A stretch of 64,000 nucleotides of DNA from assembly GCA_051313645.2 (NCBI GenBank), contig JBNRSN020000031.1, positions 5,766,001 through 5,830,000 of the forward strand, read 5' to 3'. Made by a program: the position numbers and the translations under genes. Shown here one piece after another: positions 28,001 through 43,738 of this stretch. Every line of letters begins with the position of its first letter. The first letter of the stretch is position 1. The notes beneath the pieces were generated by a model. The model was not told the DNA's origin. It did not search any database and saw only the letters and a program-made list of their open reading frames with translations. Source of the stretch: Centroscyllium fabricii. Taxonomy: Eukaryota.

Positions 28001-31000
28001 AATTATCATTGGACCAAAGTCATCTGTAAGGACTAGTATTGTATTCACGTAATCACATGATGAGTTATCATTGGCCCACAGGCATCTGTAAGGTCTACTT
28101 ATTATATTCACCTAATCACATGCTGAGTTATCATTGGCACACAGGCATCTGGAAGGACTACATGTTATATTCACGTAATCACATGCTGAGTTATCATTGG
28201 CCCACAGGCATCTGTAAGGACTACCTATTATATTCAGGTAATCACATGCTGAATTATCATTGGCCCACAGGCATCTGTAAGGACTACCTATTATATTCAC
28301 GTAATCACATGCTGAGTTATCATTGGCCTGCAGGCATCTGCAAGGACTACCTATTATATTCACGTAATCACATGCTGAGTTATCATTGGCCACAGGCATC
28401 TGTAAAGACTACCTATTATATTCACGTAATCACATGCTGAGTTATCATTGGCCCACAGGCATCTGTAAGGACTACCTTTTATATTCACGTAATCACATGC
28501 TGAATTATCATTGGCCCACAGGCATCTGTAAGGACTACCTTTTATATTCACGTAATCACATGCTGAATTATCATTGGCCTACAGCAATCTGTAAGGACTT
28601 CCTATTATATTCACGTAATCACATGCTGAGTTATCATTGGCCCACAGGCATCTGTAAGGACTACCTATTATATTCACGTAATCACATGCTGAGATATCAT
28701 TGGCCCACAGGCATCTGTAAGGACTACCTATTATATTCACGTAATCACATGCTAAGTTATCATTGGCCCACAGGCATCTGTAAGGACTACCTTATATATT
28801 CACGTAATCACATGCTGAATTATCATTGGCCCACAGGCATCTGTAAGGACTACCTATTATATTCACGTAATCTCATGCTGAGTTATCATTGGCCCGCAGG
28901 CATCTGTAAGGACTACCAATTATATTCACGTGATCACATGCTGAGTTATCATTGGCCCACAGGCATCTGTAAGGACTAATTTTGTAATCACGTAAACAAA
29001 TGCTGAGTTATCATTGGCCCACAGGCATCTGTAAGGACTACTATTGTATTCAAGTAATCACATGCTGAGTTATCATTGGCCCGCAGGCATCTGTAAGGAC
29101 TACCTATTTTATTCACGTAATCACACGCTGAGTTATCATTGGCCCACAGGCATCTGTAAGGACTACTATTATATTCACGTAATCACATGCTGAGTTATCA
29201 TTGGCCCACTGGCATCGGTAAGGACGACTATTGTATTCACGTAATCATATGCCGAGTTATCATTGGCCCTCAGGCATCTGTAAGGACTACCTATTATATT
29301 CACGTAATCGCATGCTGAGTTATCATTGGCACACAAGCATCTGTAAGGACTACCTATTATAATCACGTAATCACATGCTGAGTTATCATTGGCCCACAGG
29401 CATCTGTAAGGACTACCTATTATATTCACGTAATCACATGCTGAGTTATCATTGGCCAACAGGCATCTGTAAGGACTACCAATTATATTCACGTTATCAT
29501 ATGCTGAGTTATCATCGGCCAACAGACATCTGTAAGGACTACCTATTGTATTCAAGTAATCACATGCTGAGTTATCATTGGCCCACAGGCATCTGGAAGG
29601 ACTACCTATTATATTCACGTAATCACATGCTGAGTTATCATTGGCCCACAGGCATCTGTAAGGACTACCAATTATATTCAGGTAATCACATGCTGAATTA
29701 TCATTGGCCCACAGGCATCTGTAAGGACTACCTATTATATTCACGTAATCACATGCTGAGTTATCATTGGCCCGCAGGCATCTGCAAGGACTACCTATTA
29801 TATTCACGTAATCACATGCTGAGTTATCATTGGCCACAGGCATCTGTAAAGACTACCTATTATATTCACGTAATCACATGCTGAGTTATCATTGGCCCAC
29901 AGGCATCTGGAAGGACTACCTATTATATTCACGTAATCACATGCTGAGTTATCATTGGCCCACAGGCATCTGTAAGGACTACCTATTATATTCAGGTAAT
30001 CACATGCTGAATTATCATTGGCCCACAAGCATCTGTAAGGACTACCTATTATATTCACGTTATCACATGCTGAGTTATCATTGGCCCGCAGGCATCTGTA
30101 AGGACTATCTATTATATTCACGTAATCACATGCTGAGTTATCATTGGCCACAGGCATCTGTAAAGACTACCTATTATATTCACGTAATCACATGCTGAGT
30201 TATCATTGGCACACAGGCATCTGTAAGGACTACCTTTTATATTCACATAATCACATGCTGAATTATCATTGACCCACAGGCATCTGTAAGGACAACCTGT
30301 TATATTCACGTAGTCACATGCTGAGTTATCATTGGCCCACAGGCATCTGTAAGGACAACATATTATATTCACGTAATCACATGCTGAGATATCATTGGCC
30401 CACAGGCATCTGTAAGGACTACCTATTATATTCACGTAATCACATGCTGAGTTATCATTGGCCCACAGGCATCTGTAAGGTCTACCTATTATATTCAGGT
30501 AATCACATGCAGAATTATCATTGGCCCACAGGCATCTGTAAGGACTACCTATTATATTCACGTAATCACATGCTGAGTTATCTTTGGCCCGCAGGCATCT
30601 GTAAGGACTATCTATTATATTCACGTAATCACATGCTGAGTTATCATTGGCCACAGACATCTGTAAAGACTACCTATTATATTCACGTAATCACATGCTG
30701 AGTTATCATTGGCACACAGGCATCTGTAAGGACTACCTTTTATATTCACATAATCACATGCTGAATTATCATTGACCCACAGGCATCTGTAAGGACAACC
30801 TGTTATATTCACGTAATCACATGCTGAGTTATCATTGGCCCACAGGCATCTGTAAGGACTACCTATTATATTCACGTAATCACTTGCTGAGATATCATTG
30901 GCCCACAGGCATCTGTAAGGACTACCTATTATATTCACGTAATCACATGCTGAGTTATCATTGGCCCACAGGCATCTGTAAGGTCTACCTATTATATTCA

Positions 31001-34000
31001 CGTAATCACATGCTGAATTATCATTGGCCCACAGTCATCTGTAAGGACTACCTATTATATTCACGTAATCACATGCTGAGTTATCATTGGCCCACAGGCA
31101 TCTGTAAGGACTACCTATTATATTCACGTAATCCAAGCTGAGATATCATTGGCCCACTGGCATCTGTAAGGACTACCGATTATATTCACGTGATCACATG
31201 CTAATTATCATTGGCCCACAGGCATCTGTAAGGACTACCTATTATATTCACGTAATCACATGCTGAATTATCATTGGCCCACAGGCATCTGTAAGGACTA
31301 CCTATTATATTCACGTAATCACATGCTGAGTTATCATTGGCCCACAGGCATCTGTAAGGACTACCTATTATATTCACGTAATCACATGCTGAGTTATCAT
31401 TGGCCCACTGGCATCTGGAAGGACTACCTATTATATTCACGTAATCACATGCTGAATTATCATTGGACCAAAGTCATCTGTAAGGACTACTATTGTATTC
31501 ACGTAATCACATGCTGAGTTATCATTGGCTCACAGGCATCTGTAAGGACTACTTATTATATTCACGTAATCACATGCGGAGTTATCATTGGCCCACAGGC
31601 ATCTGGAAGGACTACCTATTATATTCACGTAATCACATGCTGAGTTATCATTGGCCCACAGGCATCTGTAAGGACTACCTATTATATTCAGGTAATCACA
31701 TGCTGAATTATCATTGGCCCACAGGCATCTGTAAGGACTACCTATTATATTCACGTAATCACATGCTGAGTTATCATTGGCCCGCAGGCATCTGCAAGGA
31801 CTACCTTTTATATTCACGTAATCACATGCTGAGTTATCATTGGCCACAGGCATCTGTAAAGACTACCTATTATATTCACGTAATCACATGCTGAGTTATC
31901 ATTGGCCCACAGGCATCTGTAAGGACTACCTTTTATATTCACGTAATCACATGCTGAATTATCATTGGCCCACAGGCATCTGTAAGGACTACCTTTTATA
32001 TTCACGTAATCACATGCTGAATTATCATTGGCCTACAGCAATCTGTAAGGACTTCCTATTATATTCACGTAATCACATGCTGAGTTATCATTGGCCCACA
32101 GGCATCTGTAAGGACTACCTATTATATTCACGTAATCACATGCTGAGATATCATTGGCCCACAGGCATCTGTAAGGACTACCTATTATATTCACGTAATC
32201 ACATGCTAAGTTATCATTGGCCCACAGGCATCTGTAAGGACTACCTTATATATTCACGTAATCACATGCTGAATTATCATTGGCCCACAGGCATCTGTAA
32301 GGACTACCTATTATATTCACGTAATCACATGCTGAGTTATCATTGGCCCGCAGGCATCTGTAAGGACTACCAATTATATTCACGTGATCACATGCTGAGT
32401 TATCATTGGCCCACATGCATCTGTAAGGACTACTATTGTAATCACGTAACCAAATGCTGAGTTATCATTGGCCCACAGGCATCTGTAAGGACTACTATTG
32501 TATTCAAGTAATCACATGCTGAGTTATCATTGGCCCGCAGGCATCTGTAAGGACTACCTATTATATTCACGTAATCACACGCTGAGTTATCATTGGCCCC
32601 CAGGCATCTGTAAGGACTACTATTATATTCACGTAATCACATGCTGAGTTATCATTGGCCCACTGGCATCGGTAAGGACGACTAGTGTATTCACGTAATC
32701 AAATGCTGAGTTATCATTGCCCCCAGGCATCTGTATGGTCTACTATTGTGTTCACGTAATCACATGCTGAGTTATCATTGGCCCGCAGGCATCTGTAAGA
32801 ACTACTATTATATTCACGTAATCATATGCCGAGTTATCATTGGCCCTCAGGCATCTGTAAGGACTACCTATTATATTCACGTAATCGCATGCTGAGTTAT
32901 CATTGGCACACAAGCATCTGTAAGGACTACCTATTATAATCACGTAATCACATGCTGAGTTATCATTGGCACACAGGCATCTGTAAGGACTACCTATTAT
33001 ATTCACGTAATCACATGCTGAGTTATCATTGGCCAACAAGCATCTGTAAGGACTACCAATTATATTCACGTTATCATATGCTGAGTTATCATCGGCCAAC
33101 AGACATCTGTAAGGACTACCTATTGTATTCAAGTAATCACATGCTGAGTTATCATTGGCCCACAGGCATCTGGAAGGACTACCTATTATATTCACGTAAT
33201 CACATGCTGAGTTATCATTGGCCCACAGGCATCTGTAAGGACTACCTATTATATTCAGGTAATCACATGCTGAATTATCATTGGCCCACAGGCATCTGTA
33301 AGGGCTACCTATTATATTCACGTAATCACATGATGAGTTATCATTGGCCCGCAGGCATCTGCAAGGACTACCTATTATATTCACGTAATCACATGCTGAG
33401 TTATCATTTGCCACAGGCATCTGTAAAGACTACCTATTATATTCACGTAATCACATGCTGAGTTATCATTGGCCCACAGGCATCTGGAAGGACTACCTAT
33501 TATATTCACGTAATCACATGCTGAGTTATCATTGGCCCACAGGCATCTGTAAGGACTACCTATTATATTCAGGTAATCACATGCTGAATTATCATTGGCC
33601 CACAGGCATCTGTAAGGACTACCTATTATATTCACGTAATCACATGCTGAGTTATCATTGGCCCGCAGGCATCTGTAAGGACTATCTATTATATTCACGT
33701 AATCACATGCTGAGTTATCATTGGCCAAAGGCATCTGTAATGACTACCTATTATATTCACGTAATCACATGCTGAGTTATCATTGGCACACAGGCCTCTG
33801 TAAGGACTACCTTTTATATTCACATAATCACATGCTGAATTATCATTGACCCACAGGCATCTGTAAGGACAACCTGTTATATTCACGTAATCACATGCTG
33901 AGTTATCATTGGCCCACAGGCATCTGTAAGGACTACCTATTATATTCACGTAATCACATGCTGAGATATCATTGGCCCACAGGCATCTGTAAGGACTACC

Positions 34001-37000
34001 TATTATATTCACGTAATCACATGCTGAGTTATCATTGGCCCACAGGCATCTGTAAGGACTACCTATTATATTCACGTAATCACATGCTGAAATATCATTG
34101 GCCCACAGTCATCTGTAAGGACTACCTATTATATTCACGTAATCACATGCTGAGTTATCATTGGCCCACAGGCATCTGTAAGGACTACCTATTATATTCA
34201 CGTAATCCAAGCTGAGATATCATTGGCCCACAGGCATCTGTAAGGACTACTGATTATATTCACGTAATCACATGCTAAGTTATCATTGGCCCACAGGCAT
34301 CTGTAAGGACTACCTATTATATTCACGTAATCACATGCTGAATTATCATTGGCCCACAGGCATCTGTAAGGACTACCTATTATATTCACGTAATCACATG
34401 CTGAGTTATCATTGGCCCACAGGCATCTGTAAGGACTACCTATTATATTCACGTAATCACATGCTGAGTTATCATTGGCCCACTGGCATCTGGAAGGACT
34501 ACCTATTATATTCACGTAATCACATGCTGAATTATCATTGGACCAAAGTCATCTGTAAGGACTACTATTGTATTCACGTAATCACATGCTGAGTTATCAT
34601 TGGCCCACAGGCATCTGTAAGGACTACTTATTATATTCACGTATTCACATGCTGAGTTATCATTGGCCCACAGGCATCTGGAAGGACTACCTATTATATT
34701 CACGTAATCACATGCTGAGTTATCATTGGCCCACAGGCATCTGTAAGGACTACCTATTATATTCAGGTAATCACATGCTGAATTATCATTGGCCCACAGG
34801 CATCTGTAAGGACTACCTATTATATTCACGTAATCACATGCTGAGTTATCATTGGCCCGCAGGCATCTGCAAGGACTACCTATTATATTCACGTAATCAC
34901 ATGCTGAGTTATCATTGGCCACAGGCATCTGTAAAGACTACCTATTATATTCACGTAATCACATGCTGAGTTATCATTGGCCCACAGGCATCTGTAAGGA
35001 CTACCTTTTATATTCACGTAATCACATGCTGAATTATAATTGGCCCACAGGCATCTGTAAGGACTACCTTTTATATTCACGTAATCACATGCTGAATTAT
35101 CATTGGCCTACAGCAATCTGTAAGGACTTCCTATTATATTCACGTAATCACATGCTGAGTTATCATTGGCCCACAGGCATCTGTAAGGACTACCTATTAT
35201 ATTCACGTAATCAAATGCTGAGATATTATTGGCCCACAGGCATCTGTAAGGACTACCTATTATATTCACGTAATCACATGCTAAGATATCATTGGCCCAC
35301 AGGCATCTGGAAGGACTACCTATTATATTCACGTAAAAACATGCTGAATTATCATTGGCCCACAGGCATCTGTAAGGGCTACCTATTATATTCACGTAAT
35401 CACATGCTGAGTTATCATTGGCGCGCAGGCATCTGTAAGGACTACCAATTATATTCACGTGACAACATGCTGAGTTATCATTGGCCCACAGGCATCTGTA
35501 AGGACTACTATTGTAATCACGTAACCAAATGCTGAGTTATCATTGGAAGACAGGCATCTGTAAGGACTACTATTGTATTCAAGTAATCACATGCTGAGTT
35601 ATCATTGGCCCGCAGGCATCTGTAAGGACTACCTATTATATTCACGTAATCACACGCTGAGTTATCATTGGCCCACAGGCATCTGTAAGGACTACTATTA
35701 TATTCACTTAATCACATGCTGAGTTATCATTGGCCCACTGGCATCTGTATGGTCTACTATTGTATTCACGTAATCACATGCTGAGTTATCATTGGCCCGC
35801 AGGCATTTGTAAGAACTACTATTATATTCACGTAATCATATGCCGAGTTATCATTGGCCCTCAGGCATCTGTAAGGACTACCTATTATATTCACGTAATC
35901 GCATGCTGAGTTATCATTGGCACACAAGCATCTGTAAGGACTACCTATTATAATCACATAATCACATGCTGAGTTATCATTGGCCCACAGGCATCTGTAA
36001 GGACTACCTATTATATTCACGTAATCACATGCTGAGTTATCATTGGCCAACAGGCATCTGTAACGACTACCAATTATATTCACGTTATCATATGCTGAGT
36101 TATCATCGGCCAACAGACATCTGTAAGGACTACCTATTGTTTTCAAGTAATCACATGCTGAGCTATCATTGGCCCACAGGCATCTGGAAGGACTACCTAT
36201 TATATTCACGTAATCACATGCTGAGTTATCATTGGCCCACAGGCATCTGTAAGGACTACCTATTATATTCAGGTAATCACATGCTGAATTATCATTGGCC
36301 CACAGGCATCTGTAAGGACTACCTATTATATTCACGTAATCACATGCTGAGTTATCATTGGCCCGCAGGCATCTGCAAGGACTACCTATTATATTCACGT
36401 AATCACATGCTGAGTTATCATTGGCCACAGGCATCTGTAAAGACTACCTATTATATTCACGTAATCACATGCTGAGTTATCATTGGCCCACAGGCATCTT
36501 TAAGGACTACCTTTTATATTCACGTAATCACATGCTGAATTATCATTGGCCCACAGGCATCTGTAAGGACAACCTGTTATATTCTCGTAATCACATGCTG
36601 AGTTATCATTGGCCCACAGGCATCTGTAAGGACTACCTATTATATTCACGTAATCACATGCTGAGTTATCATTGGCCCACAGGCATCTGGAAGGACTACC
36701 TATTATATTCACGTAATCACATGCTGAGTTATCATTGGCCCACAGGCATCTGTAAGGCCTACCTGTTATATAGACGTAATCACATGCTGAGTTATCATTG
36801 GCCCACAGACATTTGTAAGGACTACCTATTATATTCACGTAATCACATGCTGAGTTATCATTGGCCCACAGGCATCTGTAAGGGCTACCTTTTATATTCA
36901 CGTAATCACATGCTGAATTATCATTGGCCCACAGCAATCTGTAAGGACTTCCTATTATATTCACGTAATCACATGCTGAGATATCATTGGCCCACAGGCA

Positions 37001-38800
37001 TCTGTAAGGACTACCTATTATATTCACGTAATCACATGCTGAGTTATCATTGGCCCACAGGCATCTGTAAGGACTACTATTGTAATCACGTAACCAAATG
37101 CTGAGTTATCATTGGCCCACAGGCATCTGTAAGGACTACTATTGTATTCAAGTAATCACATGCTGAGTTATCATTGGCTCCCAGGCATCTGTAAGGACTA
37201 CCTATTATATTCACCTAATCACACGCTGAGTTATCATTGGCCCACAGGCATCTGTAAGGACTACTATTATATTCACGTAATCACATGCTGAGTTATCATT
37301 GGCCCACTGGCATCTGTAAGGACGACTATTGTATTCACGTAATCAAATGCTGAGTTATCATTGGCCCCCAGGCATCTGTAAGGACTACCTATTATATTCA
37401 GGTAATCACATGCTGAATTATCATTGGCCCACAGGCATCTGTAAGGACTACCTATTATATTCATGTAATCACATGCTGAGTTATCATTGGCCCGCAGGCA
37501 TCTGCAAGGACTACCTATTATATTCACGTAATCACATGCTGAGTTATCATTGGCCAAAGGCATCTGTAAAGACTACCTATTATATTCACGTAATCACATG
37601 CTGAGTTATCATTGGCCCACAGTCATCTTTAAGGACTACCTTTTATATTCACGTAATCACATGCTGAATTATCATTGGCCCACAGGCATCTGTAAGGACA
37701 ACCTGTTATATTCACGTAATCACATGCTGAGTTATCATTGGCCCACAGGCATCTGTAAGGACTACCTATTATATTCACGTAATCACATGCTGAGATATCA
37801 TTGGCCCACAGGCATCTGTAAGGACTACCTATTATATTCACGTAATCACATGCTGAGTTATCATCGGCCCACAGGCATCTGTAAGGACTAACTATTATAT
37901 TCACGTAATCACATGCTGAATTTTCATTCGCCCAAAATCATTTGTAAGGACTACCTATTATATTCACGTAATCACATGCTGAGTTATCATTGGCCGACAG
38001 GCATCTGTAAAGATTACCTATTATATTCACGTAATCAAAGCTGAGATATAATTGGCCCACAGGCATCTGTAAGGACTACCGATTATATTCACGTAATCAC
38101 ATGCTGAGTTATCATTGGCCAACAGGCATCTGTAAGGACTACCTATTATATTCACATAATCACATGCTGAGTTATCATTGGCCAACAGGCATCTGTAAGG
38201 ACTACCAATTATATTCACGTAATCATATGCTGAGTTATCATCGGCCAACAGACATCTGTAAGGACTACCTATTGTATTCAAGTAATCACATGCTGAGTTA
38301 TCATTGGCCCACAGGCATCTGGAAGGACTGCCTATTATATTCACGTAATCACATGCTGAATTATCATTGGACCAAAGGCATCTGTAAGGACAGCATATTA
38401 TATTCACGTAATCACATGTTGAGTTATCATTGGCCCACAGGCATCTGTAAGGACTACTTATTATATTCACGTAATCACATGCTGAGTTATCATTGGCCCA
38501 CAGGCATCTGGAAGGACTACCTATTATATTCACGTAATCACATGCTGAGTTATCATTGGCCCACAGGCATCTGTAAGGACTACCTATTATATTCAGGTAA
38601 TTACATGCTGAATTATCATTGGCCCACAGGCATCTGTAAGTACTACCTATTATATTCACGTAATCACATGCCGAGTTATCATTGGCCCGCAGGCATCTGC
38701 AAGGACTACCTATTATATTCACGTAATCACATGCTGAGTTATCATTGGCCACAGGCATCTGTAAAGACTAACTATTATATTCACGTAATCACATGCTGAG
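25100..38800 (+). repeat. Higher-order repeat domain, ~3.0-3.6-kb units, ~4 copies plus a partial one
   Basis: Near-identical 169-aa conceptual ORFs start at 26423, 29375, 32952 and 35966. The marker monomer CATCGGCCAACAGACATC occurs near 26561, 29513, 33090, 36104 and 38239. Confidence 0.8.
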
Positions 38801-41800
38801 TTATCATTGGCCCACAGGCATCTGTAAGGACTACCTTTTATATTCACGTAATCACATGCTGAATTATCATTGGCCCACAGGCATCTGTAAGGACAACCTG
38901 TTATATTCACGTAATCACATGCTGATTTATCATTGGCCCACAGGCATCTGTAAGGACTACCTATTATATTCACGTAATCACATGCTGAGATATCATTGGC
39001 CCACAGGCATCTGTAAGGACTACCTATGATATTCACGTAATCACACGCTGAGTTATCATTGGCCCACAGGCTTCTGTAAGGACTACCTATTATATTCACG
39101 TAATCACATGTTGAATTATTATTGGCCCACAGTCATCTGTAAGGACAACCTATTATATTCACGTAATCACATGCTGAGGTATCATTGGCCCACAGGCATC
39201 TGTAAGGACTACCTATTATATTCACGTAATCAAAGCTGAGATATCATTGGCCCACAGGCATCTGTAAGGACTACCGATTATATTCACGTAATCACATGCT
39301 AAGTTATCATTGGCCCACAGGCATCTGTAAGGACTACCTATTATATTCACGTAATCACATGCTGAATTATCATTGGCCCACAGGCATCTGTAAGGACTAC
39401 CTATTATATTCACGTAATCACATGCTGAGTTATCATTGGCCCACAGGCATCTGTAAGGACTACCTATTATATTCACGTAATCACATGCTGAGTTATCATT
39501 GGCCCACAGGCATCTGGAAGGACTACCTATTATATTCACGTAATCACATGCTGAATTATCATTGGACCAAAGGCATCTGTAAGGACTACTATTGTATTCA
39601 CGTAATCACATGCTGAGTTATCATTGGCCCACAGGCATCTCTAAGGACTACCTATTATATTTACGTAATCACATGCTGAGTTATCATTGGCCTACAGGCA
39701 TCTGGAAGGACTATCTATTATATTCACATATACACACGCTGAGTTATCATTGGCCCACAGGCATCTGGAAGGACTAATTATTATATTCACGTAATCACAT
39801 GCTGAATTATCATTGGACCAAAGGCATCTGTAAGGACTACCTATAATATTCACGTAATCACATGCTGAGTTATCATTGGCCCACAGGCATCTGTAAGGAC
39901 TACCTATTATATTCAGGTAATTACATGCTGAATTATCATTGGCCCACAGGCATCTGTAAGGACTACCTATTGTATTCACGTAATCACATGCCGAGTTATC
40001 ATTGGCCCGCAGGCATCTGCAAGGACTACCTATTATATTCACGTAATCACATGCTGAGTTATCATTGGCCACAGGCATCTGTAAAGACTACCTATTATAT
40101 TCACGTAATCACATGCTGAGTTATCATTGGCCCACAGGCATCTGTAAGGACTACCTTTTATATTCACGTAATCACATGCTGAATTATCATTGGCCCACAG
40201 GCATCTGTAAGGACAACCTGTTATATTCACGTAATCACATCCTGATTTATCATTGGCCCACAGGCATCTGTAAGGAGTACCTATTATATTCACGTAATCA
40301 CATGCTGAGATATCATTGGCCCACAGGCATCTGTAAGGACTACCTATGATATTCACGTAATCACACGCTGAGTTATCATTGGCCCACAGGCATCTGTAAG
40401 GACTACCTATTATATTCACGTAATCACATGTTGAATTATCATTGGCCCACAGTCATCTGTAAGGACTACCTACTATATTCACGTAATCACATGCTGAGGT
40501 ATCATTGGCCGACAGGCATCTGTAAGGACTACCTATTATATTCACGTAATCAAAGCTGAGATATCATTGGCCCACAGGCATCTGTAAGGACTACCGATTA
40601 TATTCACGTAATCACATGCTGAATTATCATTGGCCCACAGGCATGTGTAAGGACAACCTATTATATTCACGTAATCACATGCTGAGTTATCATTGGCCCA
40701 CAGGCATCTGTAAGGACTACCTATTATATTCACGTAATCACATGCTGAGTTATCATTGGCCCACAGGCATCTGGAAGGACTACCTATTATATTCACGTAA
40801 TCACATGCTGAATTATCATTGGACCAAAGGCATCTGTAAGGACTACTATTGTATTCACGTAATCACATGCTGAGTTATCATTGGCCAACAGGCATCTCTA
40901 AGGACTACCTATTATATTTACGTAATCACATGCTGAGTTATCATTGGCCTACATGCATCTGGAAGGACTACCTATTATATTCACATGTACACATGCTGAG
41001 TTATCATTGGCCCACAGGCATCTGGAAGGACTACCTATTATATTCACGTAATCACATGCTGAATTATCATTGGACCAAAGGCATCTGTAAGGACTACCTA
41101 TTATATTCACGTAATCACATGTTGAGTTATCATTGGCCCACAGGAATCTGTAAGGACTACCTATTATATTCACGTAATCACAAGCTGAATTATCATTGCC
41201 CACAGGCATCTGTAAGGACTACCTATTATATCCACGTAATCACATGCTGAGTTATCATTGGCCCACTGGCATCTGTAAGGACCACCTAATATATTCACGT
41301 AATCACATGCTGAGTTATCATTGGCCCACAGGCATCTGTATGGACCACCTATTATATTCACGTAATCACATGCTGAATTATCATTGGACCAAAGGCATCT
41401 GTAAGGACTACTATTGTATTCACGTAATCACATGCTGAGATATAATTGGCCCATAGGCATCTGTAAGGACTACCTATTATATTTACGTAAACACATGCTG
41501 AGTTATCATTGGCCCACAGGCTTCTGGAAGGACTACCTATTATATTTACGTAATCACATGCTGAGTTATCATTGGCCCACAGGCATCTGGAAGGACTACC
41601 TATTATATTCACGTAATCACATGCTGAATTATAATTGGACCAAAGGCATCTGTAAGGAATACCTATTATATTCACGTAATCACTTGTTGAGTTATCATTG
41701 GCCCACAGGCATCTGTACGGACTACCTATTATATTCACGTAATCACATGCTGAATTATCATTGCCCACAGGTATCTGTAAGGACTACCTATTATATTCAT

Positions 41801-43614
41801 GTAATCACATGCTGAGTTATCATTGGCCCACAGGCATCTGTAAGGACTACCTATTATATTCACGTAATCACATGCTGAGATATCATTGGCCCACAGGCAT
41901 CTGTAAGGACTATGTATTATATTCACGTAATCACATGCTAAGTTATCATTGGCCCACAGGCATCTGTAAGGACTACCTATTATATTTACGTAATCACATG
42001 CTGAGTTATCATTGGCCCGCAGGCATCTGTAAGGACTACCAATTATATTCACGTGATCACATGTTGAGTTATCATTGGCCCACAGGCATCTGTAAGGACT
42101 ACTATTGTATTCACGTAATCACATGCTGAGTTATCATTGGCCCGCAGGCATCTGTAAGGACTACCTATTATATTCACGTAATCACACGCTGAGTTATCAT
42201 TGGCCCACAGGCATCTGTAAGGACTACTATTATATTCACGTAGTCACAAGCTGAGTTACCATTGACCCACTGGCATCTGTAAGGACTACTAATGTATTCA
42301 CGTAATGAAATGCTGAGTTATCATTGGCCCACAGGCTTCGGTAAGGACTACTATTGTATTCACGTAATCACATGCTGAGTTATCATTGGCCCACTGGCAT
42401 CTGTAAGGGCTACCTATTATTTTCACGTAATCACATGCTGAGTTATCATTGGCCCACAGGCATCTGTAAGGACTACTATTATATTCACGTAATCATATGC
42501 TGAGTTATCATTGGCCCACAGACATCTGTAAGGACTACCTATTATATTCACGTAATCACATGCTGAGTTATCATTGGCCCACAGGCATCTGTAAGGATTA
42601 CCTATTATAATCATGTAATCACATGCTGAGTTATCATTGGCCCACAGGCATCTGTAAGGACTATCTATTATATTCACGTAATCACATGCTGAATTACATT
42701 GGCACAAAGGCATTTGTAAGGACGACTATTGTATTCACGTAATCAAATGCTGAGTTATCATTGGCCCACAGGCATCTGTAAGGACTACCTATTATATTCA
42801 CGTAATCACATGCTGAGATATCATTGGCCCGCAGGCATCTGAAAGGACTACCTATTATATTCATTTAATCACTTGCTAAGTTATCATTAGCCCACAGGCA
42901 TCTGTAAGGACTACCTATTATATTCACTTAATCACATGCTGAATTATCATTGGCACACAGTCATCTGTAAGGACTACCTATTATATTCACGTAATCACAT
43001 GCTGAGTTATCATTGGCCCGCTGGCATCTGTAAGGACTACCAATTATATTCACGTGATCACATGCTGAGTTATCATTGGCCCACAGGCATCTGTAAGGAC
43101 TACTATTGTATTCACGTAACCAAATGCTGAGTTATCATTGGCACACAGGCATCTTTAAGGACTACTATTGTATTCACGTAATCACATGCTGAGTTATCAT
43201 TGGCCCGCAGGCATCTGTAAGGACTACCTATTATATTCACGTAATCACACGCTGAGTTATCATTGGCCCACAGGCATCTGTAAGGACTACTATTATATTC
43301 ACGTAATCACATGCTGAGTTATCATTGGCCCACAGGCATCTGTAAGGACGACTATTGTATTCACGTAATCAAATGCTGAGTTATCATTGGCCACAGGTAT
43401 CTGTATGGTCTACTATTTTATTCACGTAATCACATGCTGAGTTATCATTGGCCCGCAGGCATCTGTAAGGACTACCTATTCTAATCACGTAATCACATGC
43501 TGAGTTATCATTGGCACACAGGCATCTGTAAGGACTACCTATTATTTTCACGTAATCACATGCTGAATTATCATTGGACCACAGGCATTTGTAAGGACGA
43601 CCTATTATATTCAC

Positions 43615-43738
43615 AAAGTCACACAACACCAGGTTTAAAGTCCAACGTTTTATTTTAAATCACAAGCCTTCGGAGCTTTTGCCCCTTCGTCAGGCAAAGA
43701 GAAACTGTTGGACTTTAAACCTGGTGTTGTGTGACTTT
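43615..43738. repeat. Perfect 32-bp inverted repeat with 60-bp spacer
   Basis: AAAGTCACACAACACCAGGTTTAAAGTCCAAC (43615-43646) is the exact reverse complement of GTTGGACTTTAAACCTGGTGTTGTGTGACTTT (43707-43738). Confidence 0.97.
43661..43696 (-). ncRNA. Degenerate minimal type I hammerhead ribozyme motif
   Basis: The minus strand reads UGC-CUGACGA-A-GGGGC-AAAA-GCUCC-GAAG-GC-UU-GUG. It has a CUGANGA core, a 5-bp stem II with a 4-nt loop, GAAG in place of GAAA, a minimal stem III and a weak wobble stem I. Confidence 0.62.

Noticed and set aside
43615-43738. MITE or rho-independent terminator reading of the inverted repeat
   Set aside because: The right arm is not terminal, since 48 bp of insert follow it before the TSD. 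The hammerhead-like motif and 11-bp TSD fit a Penelope-type origin better, and the DNA is not bacterial.
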